A stretch of DNA of 64,000 nucleotides from Magallana gigas (taxonomy: Eukaryota). The notes beneath the pieces are model-generated. The model was not told the origin of the DNA and ran no database searches. It saw nothing but the letters and a program-made list of their open reading frames with translations. Location: assembly GCF_963853765.1 (NCBI RefSeq), contig NC_088856.1:1116001-1180000 (forward strand), written 5' to 3'. A program made the translations under genes and the position numbers. Below, piece after piece: positions 26,401-40,283 of the stretch (position 1 is its first letter; each line of letters opens with the position of its first letter).

Positions 26401-27417
26401 TAAAAATCAATGTTCAAATATTAAAATATGAAACATTTAGATAGAGTAATTGATTTTCTTTTTTCAGTGCTAGTAATTTCTGCTGTCTTTTTTAATTTTT
26501 TTTTTTAATAAAGATCAGTTACATATATCAAAATTGCATTAATATATAATTAAGATCTGGGGATTAATGATTTTAGGAAAAATTAATTGCATTTGTTGAC
26601 TTATACGTAGATGATAATATTATTTCATGGATATATAAATTCAAATTTGCCAAATAGTATTTAAGATAGGTAATGATACTATTCATCCATTAAATCAATC
26701 TTTTTTCTCCAAAATATTTCCAAAAGTTTGACAATTATAATAGTTATTAAACAATTTATGAAGAGCACGCCCCCCCCCCCCAAAAAAAAAAAATAAAATA
26801 AAAAATTGATACTGTAACAATTGCAACAGGTAGAAAAGTTAATTACATTTGTATAAAGACACCACCACTTTTCTTCCCCTACTAAAAAAAAACATCTCTT
26901 GCATTTGTACACTTATTTGTCAATATTTTTTGTACATTATGTACCATTAAGTGAACTGTGAAAAAAATCTTTTGAAATTTTAAAGGTTCATGAAACTTTA
27001 CTTTGATCAAAAATCAATGCAGAGACCACACATTCAACTGACAGAAAAAAACAAGGCTTGGAACACAAGTCAAAAGTTCAGAGAAATCAAATGAATTAAT
27101 TCTAAAGGCATCAAATACGGAGGTATCAAGATCAGTCAGGCCTTAAAGTAGACTCACTGTGAGTGACTTTCACATCTTGAACTTAACCAAGAGTCTATAA
27201 TAAATTATTGCATTTCAACTTACAGAGGTGATAAAAAGAAGCCTGATATTGTAATGGACAGACATGTGTAGCAGTTTCATGGATATGAAAGTTGTTTATC
27301 CAATTCTGTTCAATTAAATTTATAATTATAAAATGCAAAAACCACAAATATAAACTTTTCTAGAATCTGCTGAAATGACAACAATTTCTGTTAATCCTGT
27401 AATTCAGATAATGAAAA

Positions 27418-27492
<75 letters not shown>

Positions 27493-30400
27493 ACATAAAT
27501 TAAGCACTCAATTTCATCAAAACAACAAGACCCGACCATACAATTAGTACAACAAGGGAGATAACTGCATCTTTATAATACAATGTGACATGGTGGGTAT
27601 TCTGTCTATCTTTTCATCTGCTCAGTGACAGATTTATTAGAAGTGGCTGGAGTGATTCTTCTGTCTATCTCTTGACATGGTTATGTTCAAACATCAAAGG
27701 CTGACTGAAAGCTCTCAGGTACGGCTTAAATTAGCAGGAATCTGTAACAATCTGTGCCTGAGTATTGTCTACAGATCATAACCCCCAAACCCTCCACAGC
27801 CGGCCAGTGGATAACTAGCTCTGGACCTGCTGAGTGGAGAACAAGTTGTAGCTTATATACTCCTCCAAGCTGGCTATTGTATGACAATTTGCAGCCACAT
27901 GTTTATAACCATGCTGGGAATTGCAGAATTATATCTATTGTTATACTTTTAAGCTGGCTAGTTAATTTAAGGAGAATAAGAACTCTGAACCTGAATGGGA
28001 ATCGTCGGAGAACTTGAAACTATCCTCTGATTTGGCTATTGAAAAACTATTCTTATTCATCTTTTGAGCTCACATTGATTTTAGGACAATTTTCAAGCTG
28101 AGAATTTGGCCCTTGCCCAGAAATGATTTTCAAAATCCTTGGAAACATTTAAATGGACAGTCGAGGCAGATCGTCTTTCACCAGAATATAGAAATTCATA
28201 CATTTACCTATATGACACAAGCAAAACATTAAAGATATACAATATTTACATTTGTAAATATGTTTCCTTATATATGAACCTATAGAATAGCGAAAACGTT
28301 CAATTCTGTGTGAACTTTTTCATGAGACCACAATGATCATAGCACATGCTTATCGATTGACGGTTGCATTATTGTAAACATAAACTCTCAGTAATTTTAA
28401 AGCTATACACGCTATAATTTCCGTCAATTTTGAATAACAGTGAAAATGCGTTTGTCTACTTATAAATATATTAGTGGGCTTTATCATTTATCTTGTAATG
28501 TTGGCTTGAGAAGTTCTGTAACATAAAGGAGTCAATACCAGTCCATGTATTACATACACAATAAACGGACGAGCTGGCCAAAAACAGCGCTCAAACCTCC
28601 GCCTCTTTCTGTTTCAGCTCTTTTTCTTCAAACTTTTGATGCATTTTTTTTTTTACTTTTGAAGACTTTTTAATCTTGTTTACAAAATTTTAAGGAAAGG
28701 ACATGCATCATGTTTGAGACCTCTGAGCAGCCTTCAATAACTTTCTTTTGAACAAAGAAAACAAAAGCCCAGATCAATACAAGTACAATAATAAGAAAAT
28801 TTCCCCGCAGCAGCTAAATGTCTCCCGAAATCCCGGAGCACGGAACCTTATGGACAAATTAAATGGGAGAAACAACATTCATTTGTCAAATTAAATGTAA
28901 TTATTTGTTAAACACAAGCTGCTAAACATCACTATGGGGAGCCCCTGTCTTGCAGCCCTCAGTAGCTCTGTCTGAAAACAGAGTTAGGCTCTGTAGGGAT
29001 TCACTGATGGACTTATCCCAATATGGCTGCTAATTGGCAGCCAATCAAACCCTATCTGCAACAGAATGCCTACATCTTTGGAAGAAACTTATATTTATCT
29101 CAATCCTTAATTTGGAGTAAATGAGGTTGGGGAGATTTTTTTTATAGTAATGTTCTTTTTCTTAGCTCAAATACCAGCTAATTTTTTTACTCCCTAGTTT
29201 TCGAAATTTACATCAGGTATAGCATGGTCATTAATATCCAAGTCTTTTTCTCAGACGAATTGTAAGACCCGAGGAATATGTTAAACTTCCCCAACAGTTT
29301 TAAAAGGGGCATGGTCACAATTTTGTTCCTAATTTTTTTTTTTATGCTTTGATTATTTACAAATGCTTTAGAAATGCATTTCTCTTGTTGAAATGAAATT
29401 TGAGAGTCATCCGTAGAGCTATTAGTAAGATTAACAGTGCTCACAATTCTTTGTCATGTAAACAAGGCTTGTGCCTTGTTTTTGTTTACATAGGTTCAAT
29501 ATACCAGTAAAAAATCTTTTTTCAAGCTGATTTGTCTATCTTCTTATTCATTTTAAGCATAAATATATAATTTCTAACGTTTAACACATTTATTTTAGGT
29601 CAAAATCTGGAATTTTCACTTCAACAACAAAAGCTTTGTTTACATGGTAAAGAATTGTAAGCTATGAAACTCGCTTATAACTTGACCAATAACACTAAAA
29701 CTTTGGTTGCCTTACTGAAGCACTGTAACATTAAAATTGGAAAAAAATGATTTTTGACCAAAATCGTGACTATCATGCGCTAAAATTTTTAACACTTTTT
29801 TCTGCCTTTTGAATACCAGAAAGCAGAAAAAAGTGGTACAAACCACTACCACTAGGTCTGTCCAAAGCTACATTGCCTCCTTCACTTTTTGATAATTTTA
29901 CATGAAATTAAACATACCTGTCAATTATTAGTACCATTCAAATCAATAAAAGGGGGAAAAATCTTCCTACCTTCATTTATACATCATCTGAATGACAGGT
30001 ACAAAAACAAATTTTATTACAGAGATTTAAACACCTGGGAAATGTTTATTACATATATCTTTTCTCTATTTATTGAAGTACTTGGGACACCTTGCACAAT
30101 TTGTTAATGTATCATCCTCTGAACTTTTCATGTCTTTAATGCAATGCAATGTTATATTCGTATAACAAATTCATAATATTAACTATTAATATCGAATTCA
30201 CTATATACATGTTTTCTTTAACCACACTATAATTTTTGAGAATTGAGGCTTGAAATAAAAATACATTTACTTTGATACCTTTAATAATCGGATTGTGAAT
30301 TGAAAAATTAATATGAAAATTAATTCATTCAAACTATTAAGTTAAATGGTAGCGCAGACTTCCTGATTTGTAAAGAAATTGGTTATAAAAGGGTTAAATT

Positions 30401-32722
30401 TCATTATTATTCTCCTCTACGGGACTCAAATTCAGTTCGCTATATCCGTAAATTTGTTATATCCGAATTCGTTATAACCGTAAAATTTTGCAAAGATATG
30501 ATAAGAATTTTACTGGAGACTTATTAAAACTTCGCTATATTTGAGAATTCGCTTTATCCATGTTCGTACTAAACAAGTTTTACTGTACTTTGCCCTTATT
30601 TTCTTTTTCTTGATTAAAGCCATAATTATGGTGAGCAGTAACCCTCCTTTTTTGTTTTAATATGAAGTCTGGAATTCTGCATGTATGTGTACATATAAGG
30701 ATTATCATATAACATGTATTGGATTATTCGATTATGAAATGGTACTTCAGTGTATTGAGGAGATGTCCTCAGACACCCTCGGAACTAATAAATGCCAGCT
30801 GGCCCCTGGTGCCTGCAATACTGGACACCTCAGCCACAACACAGAGGCCTACATCAAAGGGTGGCCACTGGCTGGGATTGTTACAATCCCTGGCATCCAA
30901 CACTGGAATTCAGGATTCCATCATCAGGGAATCTGGGGGTGGTCAGTTCAGATAGAAAGAGGAAGAAAGAGAGAGGAAGAAAGAGACAGAGGGAGGGAGG
31001 AAAAAGAGGGAGAGATAGTGAGACAGAGAGAAGGTTTGGGAGAGAAGGGAAGAAAGAGAGAGGAAAGAGAGAGGCATAATGTAGTTAAGAGAGGAATGGC
31101 AATCCCTCATTAAGCAATGACTGGACTTCATTATCACCTGTGCTCTGTGTCTGGAATGCTTTGCTCCATCTGGGGGAGCTGAAATTTATAACAGGTCAGC
31201 AGTAAATGGTTCCTGGACTGAATCACCTTGAACAGGTATTCTCTGTGTGGAGTGTTTCAGAAACAACATATAACATACATTTACCAATGACAACTTTTTA
31301 TCTATGGCATCACAGATAGGGAAACTGGATAGATTGAGGGGAGAGATTCACACTCCATATATACAGAACTTCTTGTCAATCATATTCTAAACAGAAAATC
31401 CTCAAACACTGCTACATACAGGAAGGCTAGAAAAGACAGATTTCGGGACAAAAGTAAGAGATCTGCTAAAGCTGCCTGTACTTGTCTGTGGTGTCTGTAG
31501 AAATGGTAATAAATAACCTGGATCTGTGAATCAGCCAGCGCCGTAATCATCGGTCATAATCACCATCATTATGTTCCCATGTCGTAATCTCATTCCTGCT
31601 TCTACGTTTCTGAAAGACATAGCCATTACTTTAGACAGATGTACGTATTTCTACAATATGGCCATCAACAGATGATTCTTCATCCTCTCAGGACAGGAAC
31701 CCTCATAAAACAAATCAAAATAATGTACATCTGTACATAAATCCTCTAGACCTGACTTCCACACCCCCACTCTCTCAAGCTCTCTTGCCATCTTGAGGTA
31801 CAAACACCTGGAACTTTGGTCTTCCTGCTTAAGGTACCTCACTACACCCAGACTTATACTTTTTAAGACCCTACGTCACAAGATGGCAATTTGAATGTTT
31901 TGTTAAACTGTTTATATCGTTCTGATTCAGTTGTATATTTGTCGTAGCTCAGTGGTTAAAGTATTGGGCTTCTGAACCGCAGTTCATGGAGTTTTTCTTC
32001 ATGTTTACTGAATTAAATTTTTTAAAATGTCATTTTTCATCCAAAATTGCACATTTTTTTGCCTATTTGACTTAAATACTTCTTATCCATTATGATATCT
32101 ATCATAATCAAGTATTGATTCAACTACTGATTTCAGAAAATATTTTAAGGTGTAGTGAGCCACCTTAACACAGTCCATCCCTAGTGCTAATGTTCAGGAC
32201 TGATAACAGGTTAAAGAGCCGCGGTACGATGTAGGAATCCTCTGTCTCTTGGTGTTGTTTTATGTCTCACACAAAGATCAGCCAGTGAAACAGTTGACCC
32301 TCCAGTACAGCTGATACCTGGTCTGTTACTCTCAGGTCTACAGGTGTGGAGTCCAGGTGTTTGCAATACACAATACAATGATGAACATCTTCTAGGTAAA
32401 AGCTGCTGAAACACAGGTACATCCATGGACATCCTTGGTCACCTACAGCAAGAAGCTGATACATGTACCACCCCCACCTCTTTTTTGAGTCTGGGGTCTC
32501 TCTTTTTCACCCTACCAGTCTGTAAACTGTCTCCATTAATATTCACCCCTTGAGCCTGTGGTCTCACTTCTTCTCCCTGTAAGTCTGTAGTCTCACTGTG
32601 GTCACTCCCTACCACCTACATTCAGCTTCCCTCACTCAGAATGACCAGTGGTCTGGGATATGGAGATAAAGGTAGTCTCCAGGTGTCCAGGTGTACGACT
32701 GCTTCCTCCCCACCTCCCCCCT

Positions 32723-32772
<50 letters not shown>

Positions 32773-35700
32773 GTGGGATTGGGTGTTTTTCTGCTGCTCC
32801 AACACAGAACACTGGCGTGAACCGTAGCTATGCTGTTGCCCAGCTTACTGCCTCAGTGATGCTCGGGCAGGTCTTGATGCTTTCTTATTACCTACTGTGA
32901 TTTATTACAATTCTAACTTATGAATGGATATATAGCAAATGGGTAAGTTCAATATATCTTATGGTAAAATATCACTCTCATCAATCCTTTTTCTGGAGCG
33001 AGTTTTATGAAGCTTGGTAACCTCAGCATATTGTAAAAATATAAATTCTAGGAATGATCAATCCAATGTCGATTCATCTGTAATTAATCTGTCAGTTTTA
33101 ACATCTAGTTAATATTGCCATGGTTCTATAAAGCCCACAATACCCTGACATCAATTGACCATCAATCAACGAGGGGTTGATTTATCCATATCAATATGTC
33201 AACTTCAATTATTCATTCTACACAAAAAACTGAAATAAGATAACCATTCCTTAATTTAAAACACATACAAATTAGAAATTTTTTAAAAAGCTCAAAATGA
33301 GAATTCAACCTTGGGTTAAATCTGACTGTTGAGTTAGATTGACTTTTGAAGGTTAATATTTATCTTTCTTTCCTTCAATACTCAGCTTCACAAGTGGTTC
33401 GATATGATGTAAAATTAATTAGATAATATTCTGCACTAGGGGTGAATCATATTTCATAAGTTCACAAAAGATAACAAACCAAGGAGTCAATTTTTTGCAC
33501 TTAGAACTGTGAACGAAGAAGTTGTCATAGAAACTGAGAATATTTGGTTAGAGCGGACCTCGTCGGATTGACACGTCCAAGTCGCTCTCGATGTCTTCCC
33601 CTGTATTCCGCTGTATTATCATGCATTTCCTGGGGGACAGAGAGAGCCCAGAGACAATGACCAAAAACATGACACAGGAGCTGTAACTGTCAAATAGCTG
33701 ACATCAATGGCCGACTGTGAATTAACAAAGACGTCAAAAATAATCCAGAGCTTAACGTGCTTAACTTATAAAGGCTGAAGCCTAGCCACACAGCTTGAGA
33801 TTTTATTTCCATGGTTTATACCAATATATGACCATGAAAATTAATTAATGGATTGAATTAAAATTACAATATTACATCTCTCAGTATTGTCATATCTTGT
33901 TTCAAAATTGAATTTTAGAAGTTTTAAAATCTGTAGAAAAATCAAAATTTCACCATACTAATCTTAAAGGATTATTTTTGCTATAACAAAAAATAAATTT
34001 CACAATTGTACCCTGTTTATATAAAAAATGAGATCTTACATTGTCCCTTAATAAATGCATATGTCAGCTGAAACATATTTCAATCTAATGGTACAAATTG
34101 CAATCTACAAAAACGTGCAACAATTAATTGATCATTTAAGTTACTTTAGAATTATAATTCAAACATTTAAATCAATTTGATAATGATTATGAAAATTAAT
34201 GAGAAAATATTTCATCTATGAAGGAGAACGCAGTTTAGCGAGATTTATTGGGTTGTTGCCGATGTGAGCGAGTCTGAGACTTGTCGTTCCTAGCACCTCT
34301 TGACTTAACATTGAACCACTATGTTCACAAACTTTTCTACATCAAGAGCTGCGGAATTAGAAAACTTTGAATGAATTGAGGCAGAAGTCAGGAAACAATG
34401 CTCTCTGAAGAGATTTCCAGATTATGTTGTTGTGAAACACTCTCTGTAAGTCAATAGCTCTTTGTCAATATAACAATACTCCAGAAATTCTAAGAGGAAA
34501 ACTCGACATGAGAATACGTAACATATGACTGCATTACACAACACTTATGGAATCCCTCGAAAAATATCAAGAGGAGTCGCAAAAAATGGGCACAAAACAA
34601 TGGTAGAAATTTACGATAACGATTCTTTTGGGTAAATTCTTCTAAGAAAATAAAATTATAGGGTTGTATATGGTATGCATTTCTAACATATATTGGAAAA
34701 GGATGCACCGCAGGGTATACCCTTTATAAATATAACAATGATGTTGTCATTTCTTTTCCTTCTATTGGCATGAATAAATACTGGTTTGGTTGTACATCTA
34801 ATATTGTATCCTTTCAAGTTAAAGCTCAAGTTCAATGGAAACTAGTTGGACCTATAATATTCTAGTTTATATATGTATAAACTGTCATTCAATATTCAAA
34901 TATTGTTGTCTCAAAATACTTCATAAAGTGTTGAAAAAACAGAGGAACATTCCCTTTTAATGGTTTATTTTACAAAGATGACAGGAATTTTGAGTGAAAC
35001 TTAAAGTTTCAAATGAAATAATATGTGATCAATATGAAATAATTGATCTATGCATGAAGATACTTATAAACAGCATCTAAAAGAAGTTGGGAAGAAAATC
35101 ATGTACCAGGTAATTATGACCATCTATCATGCAGAGTTAACTCAAGTCATTCTATTCAGGTCCAAATGAATGGTCATCAAGGTCATTGGGACATATACAT
35201 TTGGGATTAAGTCCGTGAAGGTACACTGAGGGTCAGGTTGTCATTGTTTTTTAAGGGTCACACATAAATTAAAGTTGGTTCATGAATGCATCTCAGGTCA
35301 ACTGTAGAATGACTGATTAAGAAAAGGTCACATAGAAAATGAAGGTCAGGTCATGTCTAAGGTGAACTAGGTTAACATGAAGGTCATTGGGTGAGAAGAA
35401 AATCTGGGTTACCGGTATTGGAGTCTTTAAGAGGGTCAGCAAACTTTCCTAGTAGTGAGATGTCCTATCATTGGTTACTGATGATGCCTGATTATAGAAG
35501 GTCTGTCAGATCCCCTGTGAGTGTAAAAAGTTGATATTCCCCAGAGTTTATATATATTTTTATTTTTGATCTAGAGCAATATTTACAATGTAATCAACCT
35601 CCAACTATAAATCATATCTACCAAGACATTCTGTGAAGCCTGCATTCTGAGACGGAGAGATTTATCTCTACTACTCAGAACTATGGAACTGAATCATTCT

Positions 35701-38700
35701 GCCATAAAACGGCCATAGAATCAAGACAAAACCTGAAAGAGCAAGCCATTACAGTCATTCAGAGAAAGCACAGACCTGGGGAAGATTTGGGGGTTAAAGC
35801 AGTAAGCTCCCTTGAGATTCTGCACTATAAGACTCCTGGGTTGTGTGTAGACCAGTCTAGTTCCTTTGCAGTGAGGTCATGTGACTTAATCACGTGACCA
35901 TGTTTAGCAAACAGACTAATGGCAGAAACAAGGCATATGCTTTTCCTTAATATTAACTCTATTTGTCACAATTTGCCAAGACCATCAATTTTAACAAAAT
36001 TTACATAATTTGGCAGCATAAGACTCAGCATTCTTTCTGCTCCCATGTCTGTCCGGGAGAGATGATTAATCGGAATTTAGATTTGTCTGATTTATTAGTG
36101 AGTTGAGCTGAATTGAGAATTGACTGACAAAATTAATGGCTAAGTGCTAAACTTCTGGGCTACTTTTTTATGACTTGGAATTCCTAATTCCATTACTTCA
36201 TAACAGAGTTCTTTAGCAATTTAATATATCATAATGGCAATCATTTTTCAACAGTACAAACTTCAGAATTCACGAGAAATCTAGAAGGATTAAGTTAGCC
36301 GTAAAATCTGTCACTGCTTGATGTATTCCACATTGGTGGAATTCCAAGAAAATCCTGACTATATAGAATTAGTCTGAATTTTGATACACCCACAGATAGA
36401 TATATATTTCTATAGTTATTAAATCAAGTGAAAGCTGACAAGTTTCCTCGGATTAGAAGAACTTCAGTCTATGATGTAACCCATGTACAGTGTATGTGTA
36501 ATTAGTGTAGATACCAATACTCAATGCTGGGTCCTTTATTCTACATGTATTTCAAGGCTGATATTTGCTCTCTGTCAAGTGCATTCAAGCAGTGTGTTGC
36601 CATTAAAGGTTCTACAAATAAAATGGCTGACAGATCTGAGAAGTCCTGCATTTGTCTCAGTTTAAGTTAAGACTTGACCACACAACAAATATGACTGCAT
36701 CCCCCCCTACTCTTTTTTACACTTAATTTTCATTTCGTGGAGGATGCATACAGTAAAACCTTCTTATGTCTAACTCCATTTATGTGGTCTAATAATTAGA
36801 ACAAGGAAAAATTTAAAATATCTAAGAAATGGAGATACAGTACTGGTTAAGAGACTCATCTATTATATACTAAAATACTCTGCCTTGATTTGAACATATT
36901 TTGATTGTAGTTATATACAATTAGGATTGGACACAAATTCTGTAACTTAGAAGTCTTCTCCCTTTAATATATAAAAGATATATTTCAGATATGCATGTTC
37001 AATATACCAAAGTTCAACTAAAATATCCCATCCTAATATTATAGAGAACCATTTAAAGGATTGAACCTGTACTGTTCACTTCTTGATTTCCCATAATACA
37101 CAGATCAAGCTTTGATTGGACAGTCCCTCAAAGACTCCAGTTCAGATACAGTCAAACTTCGTTATCTCGAACTAGATGGGACTGTTTAAAAACTTCGAGA
37201 TATCAAAGTATTCGAGATATCGAGAGTAGAATACTTAAAAAATAAGTAGTTGGGACTTACAAATAACTTCGACATATCCATTGTATTCAAAATATCAGTG
37301 TTCGAGATATCGAAGTTTAACTGGAGGTCACACAATGGACATCCTAAAGTACATCATACAAAATGCATTCCCTCAATCTAAGAGGCAAAAAACAAATGGA
37401 TGCATACTACTGCACCATTACACCTATCAACACCCATCCAAAATAAATTGTTCTAAGTGGCTGATCGTTTACAAATAAACACTAACAACCAGCGCTAATG
37501 CCTCCACAAATTAATGGGCCGGGCGCTGCCCAGTGCTAATTAATTCCATGCCTTAACAAGCAGGGCACCACAAACAATGCCCCATCACTCCCCACTATAG
37601 CTGGATAACCAAGCAGACACAAGCCATTAGTTAACCCTCCAGCCCCGTGACGCAATGTTAAGATCAGCCACATCTGAAAGCTATTTACTGCCATTCATGA
37701 CCAGCCCAGTGATGGGACTTGACAGATATAAGTTATATCCATGCCAGGAAGTTTTATGTATCCCCCTTTAACAAACCACCCCCCCAACCCTTCTTAGTGT
37801 TTCAATGGACCCCCATAGTGCACCCCCTCCCCCACCACTTCATAGCTTGGGTCACTCATAAAAGAGAGATTAGTTTTTACCCTCAATCATGCTTATATGT
37901 ACACATTGTGCATCACCTCTCCATCCACCCACCCCAGCACAAACTTGAGGTGACTTATCTCATATTGTGAGGACAGCATCACTTATTTTACCCAGCATCC
38001 CCCATTGAGGTTACATGTCTGCTATTTTCTAGTACAAGTACTAAGCTGACATATTCAAAAATACTTTGTTTGCTTTCTGGTCCAGAGTCAATAAATTTTG
38101 TTTACAATGCAGAAGTTATCAACTGTAAAAGAGAAAAATACAGAAAAAAGAAGGAAAACAGATTCTTAAGGTTAAATTATGGGGAAAAATATGACTTTCA
38201 AGATAAGTCTTTGCTTTGACTTTAAGATAGACCAAAATCCTAATACAAATGGTATCCCTCTCAATTGTGACAGTTCGATACGAATGTCCAAAGATAAAGA
38301 AATGCAGCTGACTGCATAAGTAAAACATTTCTCTCATCATAAAAGTACAAACCTATTTGAGGTACCACACACTTCTTTATCAAAGTACACTTGATACAGG
38401 CCTATTAGAAGTAGCAGTTTTAGCTATAACAATCAATTCGAGAGCCATAATCTACTAGTGAACTATTTCAATTTATCACTCATCCATCATTGTAACAACA
38501 CCCTGGTCCGATTCAAAGAGACCTCCATCATCTTAATGTTTCTACCCCAGCAGGGAGGTGTCAGATAAAATTAGCTACAATCCCAATTGTTACTGGGTGT
38601 TGAATCAAAGTTAATATTTTAATTTTTATAGTATGTCATTATGTGATAAGAACACAGCAGAATTCATCTTGATCTCACACAAGATGAAATACCACACTGA

Positions 38701-40238
38701 TATCAAATTCTTCCTTCCTTTCTTTTTTTTTTTTCATTATTCCCAAAAACTGTTCAACCTTTGATTTGGTGCCTTAATGTAAACCAGCCTGCCTTTGATA
38801 AAACAGAGAAATCTTATTTTTGTCAGAAGTTTCTGATTTTCTGCTGATCAGTTGATGCAGATTGGGATGGATTTATCCCCGTGCGGACATTAGTTTCCGA
38901 CTGTTTCCTCCCTTTGCTTCCCCCATCAAAGATTGGACCCGAGGTTCCTTGTTAAGTATACAGATCAGGAAACGCTGTTCAGTGTTCGCCTGCCCACTTC
39001 CTTGATGCTGCATCAATGATCAGCGATCAATCCAAGGTGTGAATACAGAGCGCGTCTGATCAAGGTCTCAAAGAAGCTTCAGCCGCAGTAAACAAACTTT
39101 TAATTCTTCAAAGACAGTCCCTTAAAATCAATCCCACATTTGAAAATGCAAATTTGCGGCTCTCGTCACATTTAACACAACACTGTTATTATATGGTGAG
39201 AGTGATAAAGCTATCAATGATCCAGACACGCGCCTGTGTTTACATGATTTTATTTGTTTGTTTATTTGAGAATTGAAAATGCTGGAGTTCAAAATAAACA
39301 TTAAGACAATTTTGTTCCGACAAATTTGAAAAAATATTTGGAAAGCGCTCAGTAGTATATTTTTCTTTGACAAAAATAGAAGCAATATTTTAGGGTTACA
39401 TGGGAGCTGCCTCTGGAACTGAAGCACTACTGTTGATTCATAATTAAATGCGAGGAACTAATATCTGCATAAATCGCGAGAAGCACCCCTCGCGGATTTT
39501 AAAATCTGTTTTATTTTTTGAGAGTTGAGAATTATAAGATATTAGAATAAAAGTTCTACAATCGTGATTTTAAATTCTCGCTTTTAGATACAAAACAGCT
39601 CGCGAAATTAAGAACTCAAGTAAAATAAGTAATCTAAAGTATTTCATACATTGTAATACATGTACAGTAGCTCAGAAATGAATGGTTCCCAACCCAAAAA
39701 TATGACATTTCAAATATTACACCCTGGAGTATGCCATAACAGTAGTCAGTAAATAAATTCTGGACATTTTTACACATTTCTTGAGCGACTAAAAAATTAC
39801 CAGCAAGGGATGAGTGGGTTGGCTCTCTAAAATATTTAACTTTTTCTGAGGTGGGAGGGGAGTTAGTCTTTTTTTCTATATCTCTGTGAGGTAAAACAAT
39901 CACTATAATGAAGCACTGATTAATAAGAAATCCCTAAATTCCTGCCATTGCCCAAACCTCTATAACCTTCATTAATGTAATGAAAAAATGGGAAATGAAA
40001 AACTTAAAGAGCCACAGAGGTTTCTTTTGTCTTAATCCCAGATCAGGAACTTCAGTCATTTTGTTATAAACCTTGGCTGTATTAAAGGAACCACACATCT
40101 TGTAGAACTTCCCTTCCTTTGGTCTCAGACATTGTTAATAAAACTGAACCTGTCTATAATTATATTTTATTTGTTCAAGAGTCATAAATTTAACAACATG
40201 CAGAATATTTGGGATATTTGGCACACAAATCTTTCAGA

Positions 40239-40283
<45 letters not shown>

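Noticed and set aside
30685-31113. 142-aa ORF
   Set aside because: The second half is a GA-rich low-complexity tract, with no recognisable domain or splice context.
31942-31985. tRNA gene
   Set aside because: Only a 5' arm/A-box-like piece is present; there is no T arm or acceptor stem, and it lies inside a TIR element.
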